Position numbers and translations under genes: made by a program
Part shown: in pieces, positions 18,538 to 27,160 of the stretch
How the letters are laid out: every line of letters begins with the position of its first letter
Position numbering within the stretch: the first letter of the stretch is position 1
From: a bacterium
GTDB lineage: Bacteria; Patescibacteriota; Dojkabacteria; GCA-002793355
Direction of reading: 5' to 3'
Length of the DNA stretch: 64,000 bases
NCBI GenBank assembly: GCA_020853235.1
Contig: JADYZG010000028.1
Span: 1,881-65,880 of the forward strand
The notes under the pieces: generated by a model
The model's input: only the letters and a program-made list of their open reading frames with translations
The model's database searches: none
What the model was told of the DNA's origin: nothing

Positions 18538-19584
18538 ATGAATAACGAACATTCTATCACTCTGCCAACAGCAGAAGAATTGTTGAAATCAGGCGCACAA
18601 TTCGGGCATTCGGCACAACGATGGCACCCAGCATTCGCACCATTTATTTTCAAGGAAGCAAAAGGTATTCATGTCATTGACGTAAGAAAAACGGTACCTG
18701 CTTTAGAATCTGCAGTAGACTTTTTAGTAAAGGCGGTTGAAAAAGAAGCGAGAGTTCTTATTGTGGGAACTAAAAAACAGGCATCCGCAATCGTTCAAGA
18801 AATGGGTGAAAAGTTCGGTGCTTATTATATTAATGATAAGTGGCCATCAGGGTTATTAACAAACTTTAAGACAGTTTCTCAGTCGATTCAGAAACTACAA
18901 AGATTACAAGAATTACACTTAAAAAAACGATATGTTCTTCCTAAAAAAGAACTTCTCGCAATCCAAAGGGAAATCGAAAAGTTAAAGAAGCGTTTTAACG
19001 GAGTTATGTTTATGGATCGACTCCCACAAATCATGCTTGTTATTGATACGAGATACGAGAAAATTGCAGTCAAAGAAGCGCGAGCATTAAATATTCCAAT
19101 TATTGGTGTTGTTGATTCGAATTGTGACCCACGACTTATTGACTATCCAATTCCATCGAACGACGATGCAATTAAAGCAATTCGTTTACTGTTCGGAGTA
19201 TTTAGTGAAGTGCTAAATAAATTCAGCTCAAAGCGATTGATTCCAATGAGAGAACAGTTTGCTCGAAGATTGGTTGACCTCGAACGTGCAGTTGAAGAAG
19301 AACACCGAATCAAAGTTGCGAGTGAAACTCCAACTATATCAACTGCGCCAACAGTTACTCCACGCGAGGAGTCAAAGAGTGGTCGTACGGTTCGCGTTAC
19401 TTCATTCCGAGCAATTTCTGAACTCAAACTTCCGGAAGCTGTCATCGAAAAATTAACTCAGGCAGGCATTACTTCCGTTGAGCAGTTAAAGGAGAAAACA
19501 CTTGATGAACTCAAGGGTCTGAAAGGTATCGGCGAGAAAACAGCAGAAAAAATAATTTCAATAGTAAAGAAGAATGGCAAATAA
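18538..19584 (+). CDS. rpsB: 30S ribosomal protein S2 with a roughly 100-aa C-terminal extension ending in a helix-hairpin-helix module
   Basis: Canonical S2 N-terminus (LLKSGAQFGHSAQRWHP, VDSNCDP). The extra C-terminus is ...LPEAVIEKLTQAGITSVEQLKEKTLDELKGLKGIGEKTAEKI. A strong SD is present. Confidence 0.95.
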   Translation: MNNEHSITLPTAEELLKSGAQFGHSAQRWHPAFAPFIFKEAKGIHVIDVRKTVPALESAVDFLVKAVEKEARVLIVGTKKQASAIVQEMGEKFGAYYINDKWPSGLLTNFKTVSQSIQKLQRLQELHLKKRYVLPKKELLAIQREIEKLKKRFNGVMFMDRLPQIMLVIDTRYEKIAVKEARALNIPIIGVVDSNCDPRLIDYPIPSNDDAIKAIRLLFGVFSEVLNKFSSKRLIPMREQFARRLVDLERAVEEEHRIKVASETPTISTAPTVTPREESKSGRTVRVTSFRAISELKLPEAVIEKLTQAGITSVEQLKEKTLDELKGLKGIGEKTAEKIISIVKKNGK

Positions 19585-20158
19585 CGAAATTCTTTTAAAA
19601 CTTCGACAGGAAACCAAGGCAAGTTTTGGCCTTTGTAAAGAAGCTGCTGATAAGTACCCTGATAATTACGAAGAGGCAAAAAAGTATATTATTGAGTTAA
19701 TAAAAGAACGAGCTGGAAAGCGCGAGGGTCGAGTTACTCAAAACGGTATAATTCATGCCTACGTTCACGGAAACAGCACGCTTGCATCATTAGTAGAAGT
19801 TCTCTGTGAGACTGATTTTGTAGCACGTAACGAAGAGTTAACGACATTTGCACATGAAGTTGCCTTACAAATTGTTGCGACAGGGCCGAAATATGTCTCT
19901 GCGGATTCTATTGATGCAAAAGAGATAGAAGATTTGAAAGCTCAGTGGAAAGCCGAATTACTCGAAGAAGGAAAACCAGAGGCTGCGATTGAAAAAATTA
20001 TGGAAGGAAAACTCAAAAAATATCTTGCAGAAAATATACTTCTCGATCAACCATACTTCAAGGATGAAAGCAAAACAATCCGTGATCTTCTAGAAGAAGT
20101 TACCGGAAAACTCGGAGAAACAATTAAAATATCACGCTTCGAAAGATGGCAGATTTAG
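19574..20158 (+). CDS. tsf: translation elongation factor Ts (short form)
   Basis: UBA-like N-terminus (LRQETKASFGLCKEA), a conserved EVLCETDFVARNE motif, and synteny after rpsB. Confidence 0.9.
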   Translation: MANNEILLKLRQETKASFGLCKEAADKYPDNYEEAKKYIIELIKERAGKREGRVTQNGIIHAYVHGNSTLASLVEVLCETDFVARNEELTTFAHEVALQIVATGPKYVSADSIDAKEIEDLKAQWKAELLEEGKPEAAIEKIMEGKLKKYLAENILLDQPYFKDESKTIRDLLEEVTGKLGETIKISRFERWQI

Positions 20159-20709
20159 CCCAGATCTGGTCCGATTTAGATACTGATATGCAGCTCGCCG
20201 TAGAGGCGTTCAAAGATGAGGCGCAAAAAATGCGAGCAGGAGGAGTAAATGTTGACATGTTGAAAAACATTCAGATTACTGCCTACGGTTCTATAATGCC
20301 ACTTTACCAAGTTGCGACAATTAGTACTCCAACGCCCGCGACAGCAATTATTACTCCTTGGGATAAAGGTAATTTGAAAGCAACGGCAGACGCACTTCAA
20401 ACAGAAATGAAAGGCGAAGTTATGCCAACGGTTAAGGACGATGCAATATATTTAAATTTTCCTCCATTGACGCAAGAAAAAAAAGAGGAATACACTAAGA
20501 TTTTAAAAGATAGATCTGAGAATTTTCGACAAGGTTTGCGTGATATTAGACAATCAGCGAAAACAAAGATTGAAGACATGAAGAAAAATGGTGAACTCCC
20601 TGAAGACGCAATGTTCAAATCCCTTGAAGATTTAGACGAAACCACCAAAAACTTTACCGAGAAAATTAACGAAATTTACGAGAAGAAAAGAGAGTTATTG
20701 CTCAAGTAA
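20146..20709 (+). CDS. frr: ribosome recycling factor
   Basis: 187 aa with RRF-like regions (ITPWDK, LNFPPLTQE.R, IRQSAK), located directly after tsf. Confidence 0.92.
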   Translation: MADLAQIWSDLDTDMQLAVEAFKDEAQKMRAGGVNVDMLKNIQITAYGSIMPLYQVATISTPTPATAIITPWDKGNLKATADALQTEMKGEVMPTVKDDAIYLNFPPLTQEKKEEYTKILKDRSENFRQGLRDIRQSAKTKIEDMKKNGELPEDAMFKSLEDLDETTKNFTEKINEIYEKKRELLLK

Positions 20710-20752
20710 CGTGTACAGACAGATACCAGTATATGAGGTACAATAGTGTATT

Positions 20753-21865
20753 ATGATTTTCAACATATTACTCTCTCTTTTGATTCTTAATATCATGGTT
20801 ATCGTCCATGAATTGGGACACTACCTTTTAGCAAAACGCAACGGCATTGAAGTTGATGAGTTCGCTATTGGGTTTGGTCCAGTCCTTTGGAAAAAGAAGT
20901 GGAAGGGAACAAAATGGATGATTAAAGCATTTCCTTTAGGTGGTTATAACGGATTAAAGGGTGAGACGGAATCTGAGGGAGGTGCAGGGAATTTTAGTAC
21001 AGCATCAAAGAAGGCAAAGTTTCAAGTGCTTATTGCAGGTTCTTTGATGAATGTATTTACAGCGGTTTTAGCTTTCTATATTACGTTAGGATTATATGGA
21101 TGGATTGTTCCTGTCCCAGTTGAATTTACCCCTGTAGGTGCAGAAATTAAGGTGGTTGGTCCACGGCACCCAATCGTAGAGGCAGTTGTTGAGAATTCTC
21201 CAGCAAGTAAATTAGATATAAAACCACCATATCAACTGATCTCAATCAACGGGTTAGAAGTCGAAACGCCAGGTGATGTATCACGGATAATTGATACCGC
21301 CCAACATGATGAAATGACCTTAGAGATTCGTTTTCAAGACGACACGAGGAAAACCGTGAATGTAACACGTGATAAAGATAGAAAATTGGGAATTAGTATG
21401 TTCCCACAACAGCTAATCCTTGACTATGGAACATCTTTTACACACAAGATATTTTCTGGCTTTAGCCATACGGTTAATGTAACGATGGTAACGGGCAAAG
21501 TTCTTGGTGATATGATTTCTTTTACTTCCAAAACTGGAAATTTCGAACCTCTTAGTTATGCATTTGCTGGACCTGTCGCGATCGTTGCCGCTGTAGACGG
21601 AGTCGTTTCAAACTCCAACCATGTGGTTGCAGATTTAGCAAATATGACCGGATTAATTGGTGTTAGTTTAGCCGTGTTTAACCTATTACCATTTCCTGGG
21701 TTAGATGGATGGCATATTTTCTTGTTGTTCTATGAGAAAGCCAGAAAGCGAAAACCAAATGAAAAACTAGTGGGGATTATTACTGCAATTGGGCTATTTT
21801 TACTCTTAACACTTGGCGTCCTTATTATGGTAAAAGACGTCTGGTTTTTCTTTCTGAGACCATAG
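20753..21865 (+). CDS. rseP: RIP metalloprotease RseP (site-2 protease, M50 family)
   Basis: HELGHY zinc motif in TM1, a PDZ-like middle region, and a C-terminal NLLPFPGLDGWH motif. Confidence 0.88.
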   Translation: MIFNILLSLLILNIMVIVHELGHYLLAKRNGIEVDEFAIGFGPVLWKKKWKGTKWMIKAFPLGGYNGLKGETESEGGAGNFSTASKKAKFQVLIAGSLMNVFTAVLAFYITLGLYGWIVPVPVEFTPVGAEIKVVGPRHPIVEAVVENSPASKLDIKPPYQLISINGLEVETPGDVSRIIDTAQHDEMTLEIRFQDDTRKTVNVTRDKDRKLGISMFPQQLILDYGTSFTHKIFSGFSHTVNVTMVTGKVLGDMISFTSKTGNFEPLSYAFAGPVAIVAAVDGVVSNSNHVVADLANMTGLIGVSLAVFNLLPFPGLDGWHIFLLFYEKARKRKPNEKLVGIITAIGLFLLLTLGVLIMVKDVWFFFLRP

Positions 21866-22078
21866 TGCTATAATTATTCATCGCACGTCGATCAGGATCA
21901 GTAGCAGAAATGTGAACCTACCCTGTGAGTGCTCGAGGAACCGCAATGCTAACTCGTCTGCTGGAGCAGGAAAATCTCCAACTTGAGCCGAAGTATTTCT
22001 TCGGAAAGGTAGGGTGGTACCACGAGCCTAGCTCGTCCTTGCTAATAGAATTGTATTAATTTTATTATTGTAAGGAAT
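21866..22078 (+). promoter_or_regulatory. T-box leader (proline specifier CCU) with its own TGcTATAAT promoter
   Basis: Extended -10 at 21866-21874. Candidate specifier GAA-CCT-A at 21914-21920. Stem III hairpin CCGAAG/CTTCGG at 21988-22004. T-box sequence AAAGGTAGGGTGGTACCACGAG at 22005-22026 with a TGGTACC bulge. Antiterminator-like helices are ACGAGC/GCTCGT and GTAGGG/CCTTGC. Confidence 0.8.
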
Positions 22079-23824
22079 ATGAGGTACACGCAAATGTTAA
22101 CTAAATCTCAGAAATCCTCGAAAACGTTTGATAGCGTTAATGCAACGTTATTAATTCGTGGTGGATTTGTCGACCAGCTTATGTCTGGTGTTTATACCTT
22201 TTTACCACTGGGATGGAGAGTTCTGAAAAAAATTGAAGATATTGTTCGAGAAGAAATGGACAAAATCGGCGAAGAAGTGTTTATGCCTGCTATTGCACCA
22301 AAAGAAGTATGGGAAACAACAGGAAGATTCAGTACAGTTGACGTGTTATTTAAGGTAGTCCCAGCAAATGAAACCTCCAAAAATAAGAATGGTGCTGAGT
22401 ATGTTCTTAATTGTACACACGAAGAGCTTATAACTCCTTTAGCAAAAAAGTTTGCGACTTCGTACAAAGATTTACCAAAGGCTGTCTATCAAATTCAATC
22501 GAAGTTTCGTAACGAGGCTCGTGCAAAATCAGGTATTATGCGCGGGCGAGAGTTTCGCATGAAAGATCTTTACTCTTTTCATACGAGTGTCGATGATCTT
22601 AAGATGTATTATGAAAAAGCGAAAGCTGCTTATTTTACAACATTCAAACGTCTCGGGTTAGAGAAAGATACAGTATTAGCAGCAGCTTCTGGAGGAGACT
22701 TCACCGAAGACTTTTCGCATGAATTCCAAACAAGATGTGAAGCAGGTGAAGACACAATATTCTTTGTTCAAAGTACTAAAGAGGCGTTCAATAAAGAAAT
22801 CGCTCCATCAAGAAGTGTCTCTTTTGACCAAGATAAAGAGCAAAAAGCATTGGAAAAAGTATTTGGAGAGAATATTATCGGTGTTGCAGAACTTTGTGAA
22901 TTTATGGGTATTAGTGCAGAAAATACTACAAAAACACTTATCTTTGATACAGAAAAAGGTCCTATCATTTGTTCAGTACGAGGTGATTATGAAGTTAATG
23001 TGCTAAAGTTGAAGAAATGTGCTGGTGTCAAACAGCTAGTTCTTGCCTCAGAAGAAACAGTCAAAAAGGTAACAAGCGCCGAAGTTGGGTATGCAGGTAT
23101 CTATAATTTGCCTAGCGATATTCCAGTGTTTATTGATGACTCTATTGCCGATCTTGTTAATTTCGAAACTGGAGCAAACGAGACACATTACCATATGAAG
23201 AATATGAATTGGGGAAGAGATATTCAAAAACCAGAAAAATTCTACGACATCAAAGAAGCAAAATTAGGTGATATGTTTCCTGTCACAGGAGAAGTTTATG
23301 AAGTATTTAAGTCAGCAGAAGTTGGCAACATCTTCCCTCTCTATACGAAATTTACTGATGCAGTTGATTATAAATTTGTCGACGCAAATGGTACATTAAA
23401 GCAGGTTTATATGGGGTCTTATGGTATCGGAACCTCACGCGTTATGGGAGTACTTGTTGAGAAGTTCCATGATGAGAAAGGAATCATTTGGCCAATTCAA
23501 GTCGCACCTTACGTCGTTCATTTGGTAAGTCTCGGCGATACTGTAGAAGTAAAAGAGATGGCAAACAAACTGTACGAAGAGCTGCAGCATAAGAACATTG
23601 AAGTGCTTTGGGATGACAGGGATACAATATCTGCCGGAGAAAAATTTGCTGACGCAGACCTTATCGGATGCCCTATTCGTGCGACAATTAGTACAAGGAG
23701 CATTGAGAAAGGTGGTGTCGAATTAAAGACACGATCTGGTCAAGATGTAGAATATGTAAGTGCTGAAATAGCAATTGATACTATTCAGAAGATGATAAAC
23801 CTGTTGAGAAATGCACTGAAATAA
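22079..23824 (+). CDS. proS: proline--tRNA ligase, bacterial type with INS editing domain
   Basis: 581 aa. The N-terminus aligns with bacterial ProRS (LIRGGFVDQLMSGVYTFLPLGWRVLKKIEDIVREEM). Motif 2 is FRNEARAKSGIMRGREFRMKD and motif 3 is GSYGIGTSRV, and a middle insertion domain is present. Confidence 0.9.
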   Translation: MRYTQMLTKSQKSSKTFDSVNATLLIRGGFVDQLMSGVYTFLPLGWRVLKKIEDIVREEMDKIGEEVFMPAIAPKEVWETTGRFSTVDVLFKVVPANETSKNKNGAEYVLNCTHEELITPLAKKFATSYKDLPKAVYQIQSKFRNEARAKSGIMRGREFRMKDLYSFHTSVDDLKMYYEKAKAAYFTTFKRLGLEKDTVLAAASGGDFTEDFSHEFQTRCEAGEDTIFFVQSTKEAFNKEIAPSRSVSFDQDKEQKALEKVFGENIIGVAELCEFMGISAENTTKTLIFDTEKGPIICSVRGDYEVNVLKLKKCAGVKQLVLASEETVKKVTSAEVGYAGIYNLPSDIPVFIDDSIADLVNFETGANETHYHMKNMNWGRDIQKPEKFYDIKEAKLGDMFPVTGEVYEVFKSAEVGNIFPLYTKFTDAVDYKFVDANGTLKQVYMGSYGIGTSRVMGVLVEKFHDEKGIIWPIQVAPYVVHLVSLGDTVEVKEMANKLYEELQHKNIEVLWDDRDTISAGEKFADADLIGCPIRATISTRSIEKGGVELKTRSGQDVEYVSAEIAIDTIQKMINLLRNALK

Positions 23825-23844
23825 TATCAAGTTATACATAGTAT

Positions 23845-25269
23845 ATGGAAAAAATTCCAAATATTTACGAGGATTTTTCAGAATGGTATCAGTATGTCAC
23901 TTTAAAGGCGGAATTAGCGGATTACGGTCCAGTTAAGGGCACTATGATCCATCGACCATACGGTTTTGCTTTATGGAAACAAGTACAGAAAGTGCTTGGA
24001 AACATGATTGAAGAGGATGAAGTTGAAGATGTTTACTTTCCAATGTTTATTCCGTACTCTTTTCTTGCTGCAGAGAAGGAGCATGTTGAAGGTTTTGCAC
24101 CAGAAGTAGCAATGGTAACTCAGGCAGGAGGAGAGAAACTTGATGAGCCGCTTGTTGTTCGACCAACATCCGAAACCATTATGTATAAGACGTTTCCCAA
24201 CTGGATACATTCTTATCGTGATCTACCTTTGAAAATTAACCAATGGTGTAACATCGTTCGCTGGGAAAAGAGGACCGTAATGTACATGAGAACATCTGAA
24301 TTCTTATGGCAAGAAGGTCATACTGCTCATGCCACGAGAGAAGGAGCTGTTGAGGACGTTATGGAGTCTGCAAAACGATATAACAGATTTTTGCGAGAGT
24401 ACATGGCAGTTCCTGGGTATATGGGTTACAAAACTGAAGGTGAAAAATTTGCTGGAGCAGACTTTACTGTTACAATTGAAGCACTTGTAAGAAATAAAAA
24501 AGCACTCCAAATCGCGACCTCTCACCTACTGGGACAAAATTTTGCAAAAGCGTTTAACATTTCATTCTTAGACGAGAACAATCAAACGCAACATGTTTGG
24601 CAGACAAGTTGGGGGTTTAGTACCCGCGCTTTGGGGGGAATGCTTGGTGCTCATGGTGATGAAAAAGGTCTAGTGTTGCCACCAAGAATGGCACCAATCC
24701 AGATTATTATTGTTCCTATATTCAGGACTGAAGAAGATCGTGTTGTTGTTGCCAACTATCTTGCAGGTGTAGAAGAAATGTTTAAAAACGCTAAAATTCG
24801 ATTCAAAACAGACTGGGGAACAGGAACACCTGGTTGGAAGTTCAATCAGTGGGAGATGAAAGGTGTGCCACTGAGACTAGAAGTTGGTAAACGAGAAGCA
24901 GAAGCTAAGCAGTTAAGCTTTAGCACACGACTTGGTAAAAAGGTTGGTTATGCAATGGAATCACAGGTTTACAAAGAAATTGAATTGCTTCTTGAAGAGA
25001 TCCAAGCAGAAATTTTTAGGAATGCAGAGAATTTCTTACTTGAGAATACTGTTGATATCTCCTCAGAAAAAGAACTCGTTGAGGCAATGGAATCGGGTAA
25101 AGCAATGTATCGTGCATTCTTCAAAGATGATACGAAGCGAGCGAAAGAATTACAGGAAAAATATAAGATTACTCCGCGCGTTATTCCTTTTGACACGATT
25201 GATCAAAGAGGTCCAGATTTCATCACTGGTGAAGAGGGGGTTCCAACTATCTTTGCAAAAGCCTATTAA
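23845..25269 (+). CDS. proS: proline--tRNA ligase, archaeal/eukaryote-like type
   Basis: 474 aa. The N-terminus FSEWYQYVTLKAELADYGPVKGTMIHRPYGFALW and the RPTSET and RTSEFLWQEGHTAH motifs fit this type. The protein ends in Tyr (...FAKAY), characteristic of this ProRS class. Confidence 0.9.
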   Translation: MEKIPNIYEDFSEWYQYVTLKAELADYGPVKGTMIHRPYGFALWKQVQKVLGNMIEEDEVEDVYFPMFIPYSFLAAEKEHVEGFAPEVAMVTQAGGEKLDEPLVVRPTSETIMYKTFPNWIHSYRDLPLKINQWCNIVRWEKRTVMYMRTSEFLWQEGHTAHATREGAVEDVMESAKRYNRFLREYMAVPGYMGYKTEGEKFAGADFTVTIEALVRNKKALQIATSHLLGQNFAKAFNISFLDENNQTQHVWQTSWGFSTRALGGMLGAHGDEKGLVLPPRMAPIQIIIVPIFRTEEDRVVVANYLAGVEEMFKNAKIRFKTDWGTGTPGWKFNQWEMKGVPLRLEVGKREAEAKQLSFSTRLGKKVGYAMESQVYKEIELLLEEIQAEIFRNAENFLLENTVDISSEKELVEAMESGKAMYRAFFKDDTKRAKELQEKYKITPRVIPFDTIDQRGPDFITGEEGVPTIFAKAY

Positions 25270-25286
25270 TTGTGTATAATTCGTTC

Positions 25287-25523
25287 ATGGCAGTTATTGT
25301 TGTACATAAAAATGAACCAATCGACTCTGTTTTGAGACGTTTTCAAAGACAAGTTATTAAAGAAGGTGTTATTTCTGACGTGTTGGATAAGCGTCATTTT
25401 GTCTCAAAGTCAGAAGCGAAGCGAATTAAAGCTCATGAACTTGAACGATCTGCAGGTCGAAAGCGACGACGAGCCAAGAGCAAACCACGAACTACTGTTC
25501 GAGTCAAAAAGAAGATGTTTTAA
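25287..25523 (+). CDS. rpsU: 30S ribosomal protein S21
   Basis: S21-like sequence with a basic tail (VVHKNEPIDSVLRRFQRQVIKEGV...). The ATG at 25287 is preferred, and TATAAT at 25275-25280 lies 6 nt upstream. Confidence 0.88.
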   Translation: MAVIVVHKNEPIDSVLRRFQRQVIKEGVISDVLDKRHFVSKSEAKRIKAHELERSAGRKRRRAKSKPRTTVRVKKKMF

Positions 25524-25529
25524 TGCTTC

Positions 25530-25985
25530 ATGCATATTGACTATTCAATAACGACTATTCAGCAGAAAATGAATGTTCAGAGTGTCCTTGATTTTTTATC
25601 ACAACCACATAGTTTAAGGATTCTCGACAAATGCCCGCAGTTAGCTTTAAAAAGCAGAAATCAGACCATTTTCATTAACATAATTGGTGCTCGGAGAATG
25701 AGTACACTCAATAAGTCGTATCGCAAGAAAGACACTTCAACAGATGTACTTAGTTTTGAGTTATATGAGAATGGTGTAATGGGCGAATTATATATTTGTC
25801 CAGATGATATTGAGAAAAATGCTCGTATGTTGAAACACTCCTTTGAAAATGAATTACTAGAAATTACCATTCACGGCATGCTCCATCTCAGTGGTTACGA
25901 TCACTCTGAGGAAATGTTTAGCTGGCAAAAAAGGCTAACTGATCTTATACTGAAAGAATATGAAAATACTCGTAGGGCTCGGTAA
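25530..25985 (+). CDS. ybeY: rRNA maturation RNase YbeY
   Basis: Zinc motif HGMLHLSGYDH in a 151-aa protein. Confidence 0.9.
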   Translation: MHIDYSITTIQQKMNVQSVLDFLSQPHSLRILDKCPQLALKSRNQTIFINIIGARRMSTLNKSYRKKDTSTDVLSFELYENGVMGELYICPDDIEKNARMLKHSFENELLEITIHGMLHLSGYDHSEEMFSWQKRLTDLILKEYENTRRAR

Positions 25986-26523
25986 TCCGGGTAAAGAATT
26001 TGAAAAGACACCGCACAATGCGGGTTTTATCGCACTAGATCTTCTTGTAAGAAAGTTACAATCAATGGGGTTCTCAGTTGAAAGTTGGCATGAAATTAAG
26101 AAAGAAAAGAGTATGGTATCTGAAGTTTTTTCTGAAGATGGACGAAGGGTGGCAGTTTTAGTGAAACCACAAACCTTTATGAACTTAAGTGGTGGAGCCG
26201 TTCAACAAGTTATGGCTAAGTATGGGGTGAAGTCAGCTGAGGACGTTATGATTATTTATGACGAGCTTGATATTACCTTGGGGGAGTTCAAATACTCACC
26301 TATTAAGAACTCACGTACTCACAAAGGTATTAGTTCAGTTATTTCAACAGTTGGGAAAGCAGTTCATTCCTTACGAATTGGTGTGGAAAATAGAGCTAAC
26401 AAACATATTCCAGGGCAAGATTATGTCGTAAGATCATATTCAGAGAAAGAATTACTGGAGCTATCGTCAGCTGGAGAGCGAGCAATCGAGCAACATGTAC
26501 TCGATTTTTTAGAGTTGGTATAA
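25960..26523 (+). CDS. pth: peptidyl-tRNA hydrolase
   Basis: N-terminus MKILVGLGNPGKEFEKTPHNAGF and the KPQTFMNLSG motif. It overlaps ybeY by 26 nt. Confidence 0.93.
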   Translation: MKILVGLGNPGKEFEKTPHNAGFIALDLLVRKLQSMGFSVESWHEIKKEKSMVSEVFSEDGRRVAVLVKPQTFMNLSGGAVQQVMAKYGVKSAEDVMIIYDELDITLGEFKYSPIKNSRTHKGISSVISTVGKAVHSLRIGVENRANKHIPGQDYVVRSYSEKELLELSSAGERAIEQHVLDFLELV

Positions 26524-26551
26524 TGAGGTAAGCTAATTTAAAGCTCACTAT

Positions 26552-27124
26552 ATGTCTTTACCTATCATTTTCACGGGAAGGGGAGTTGAGGTTACGGAAG
26601 CACTCAAGAATTATATTGAAGATCGGCTTCTAAAAGTTCCACATATCGAAATGGTAACACATGTAGATGTCGAAATCGGTAAAACAGTATTTCATAAAGG
26701 TTCGGATAAAGATTTTTATATTAGGTTACTTTTAACATTGCCGAAGGCAGTTGTTCGAATTAAAAAGGAAGGGGCAGATGTTTATGTTCTTATGGACGAA
26801 ATGGTTCCAAGCTTGCATCACAAGATGCTTCACTATAAGGATAATTTTCGAAAGTGGGAAGGTTCTGAATCATGGCCGGAAACAGCTATAGTTGAGGATG
26901 TCGCTCAGTATAAAGATGATTCCGCGAGTGCCATTTATGCAGGATACACCCCTACCGTTCGAAGAAAAATTATTAGCGAAATGGCTCCGATGTCAGTTAC
27001 AGAGGCAATAGAACGAATGGAACTTCTAGATAGAGAGTTCTTTGTTTTCAAAGACATTCAATCCAACAATATCGCTGTCGTCGCTAAAAAAGGAAACGGA
27101 TACGAAGTAGTCGTAGCTCAATAG
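26552..27124 (+). CDS. hpf: ribosome hibernation promoting factor (long HPF)
   Basis: S30AE-like N-domain (GRGVEVTEALKNYIEDRLLKV) plus a C-terminal dimerisation-type domain (MSVTEAIERMELLDREFFVF). Confidence 0.85.
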   Translation: MSLPIIFTGRGVEVTEALKNYIEDRLLKVPHIEMVTHVDVEIGKTVFHKGSDKDFYIRLLLTLPKAVVRIKKEGADVYVLMDEMVPSLHHKMLHYKDNFRKWEGSESWPETAIVEDVAQYKDDSASAIYAGYTPTVRRKIISEMAPMSVTEAIERMELLDREFFVFKDIQSNNIAVVAKKGNGYEVVVAQ

Positions 27125-27160
27125 TTTGGTTAATTACGGATTCTTTGTCGAAACTTGCGA

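Noticed and set aside
22022-22036. ACGAGC-cta-GCTCGT hairpin after the T-box sequence, considered as an intrinsic terminator
   Set aside because: No U-tract follows it. The hairpin fits the A2 helix of the antiterminator/antisequestrator instead. The competing structure seems to be anti-SD:SD pairing, as described in the T-box finding.
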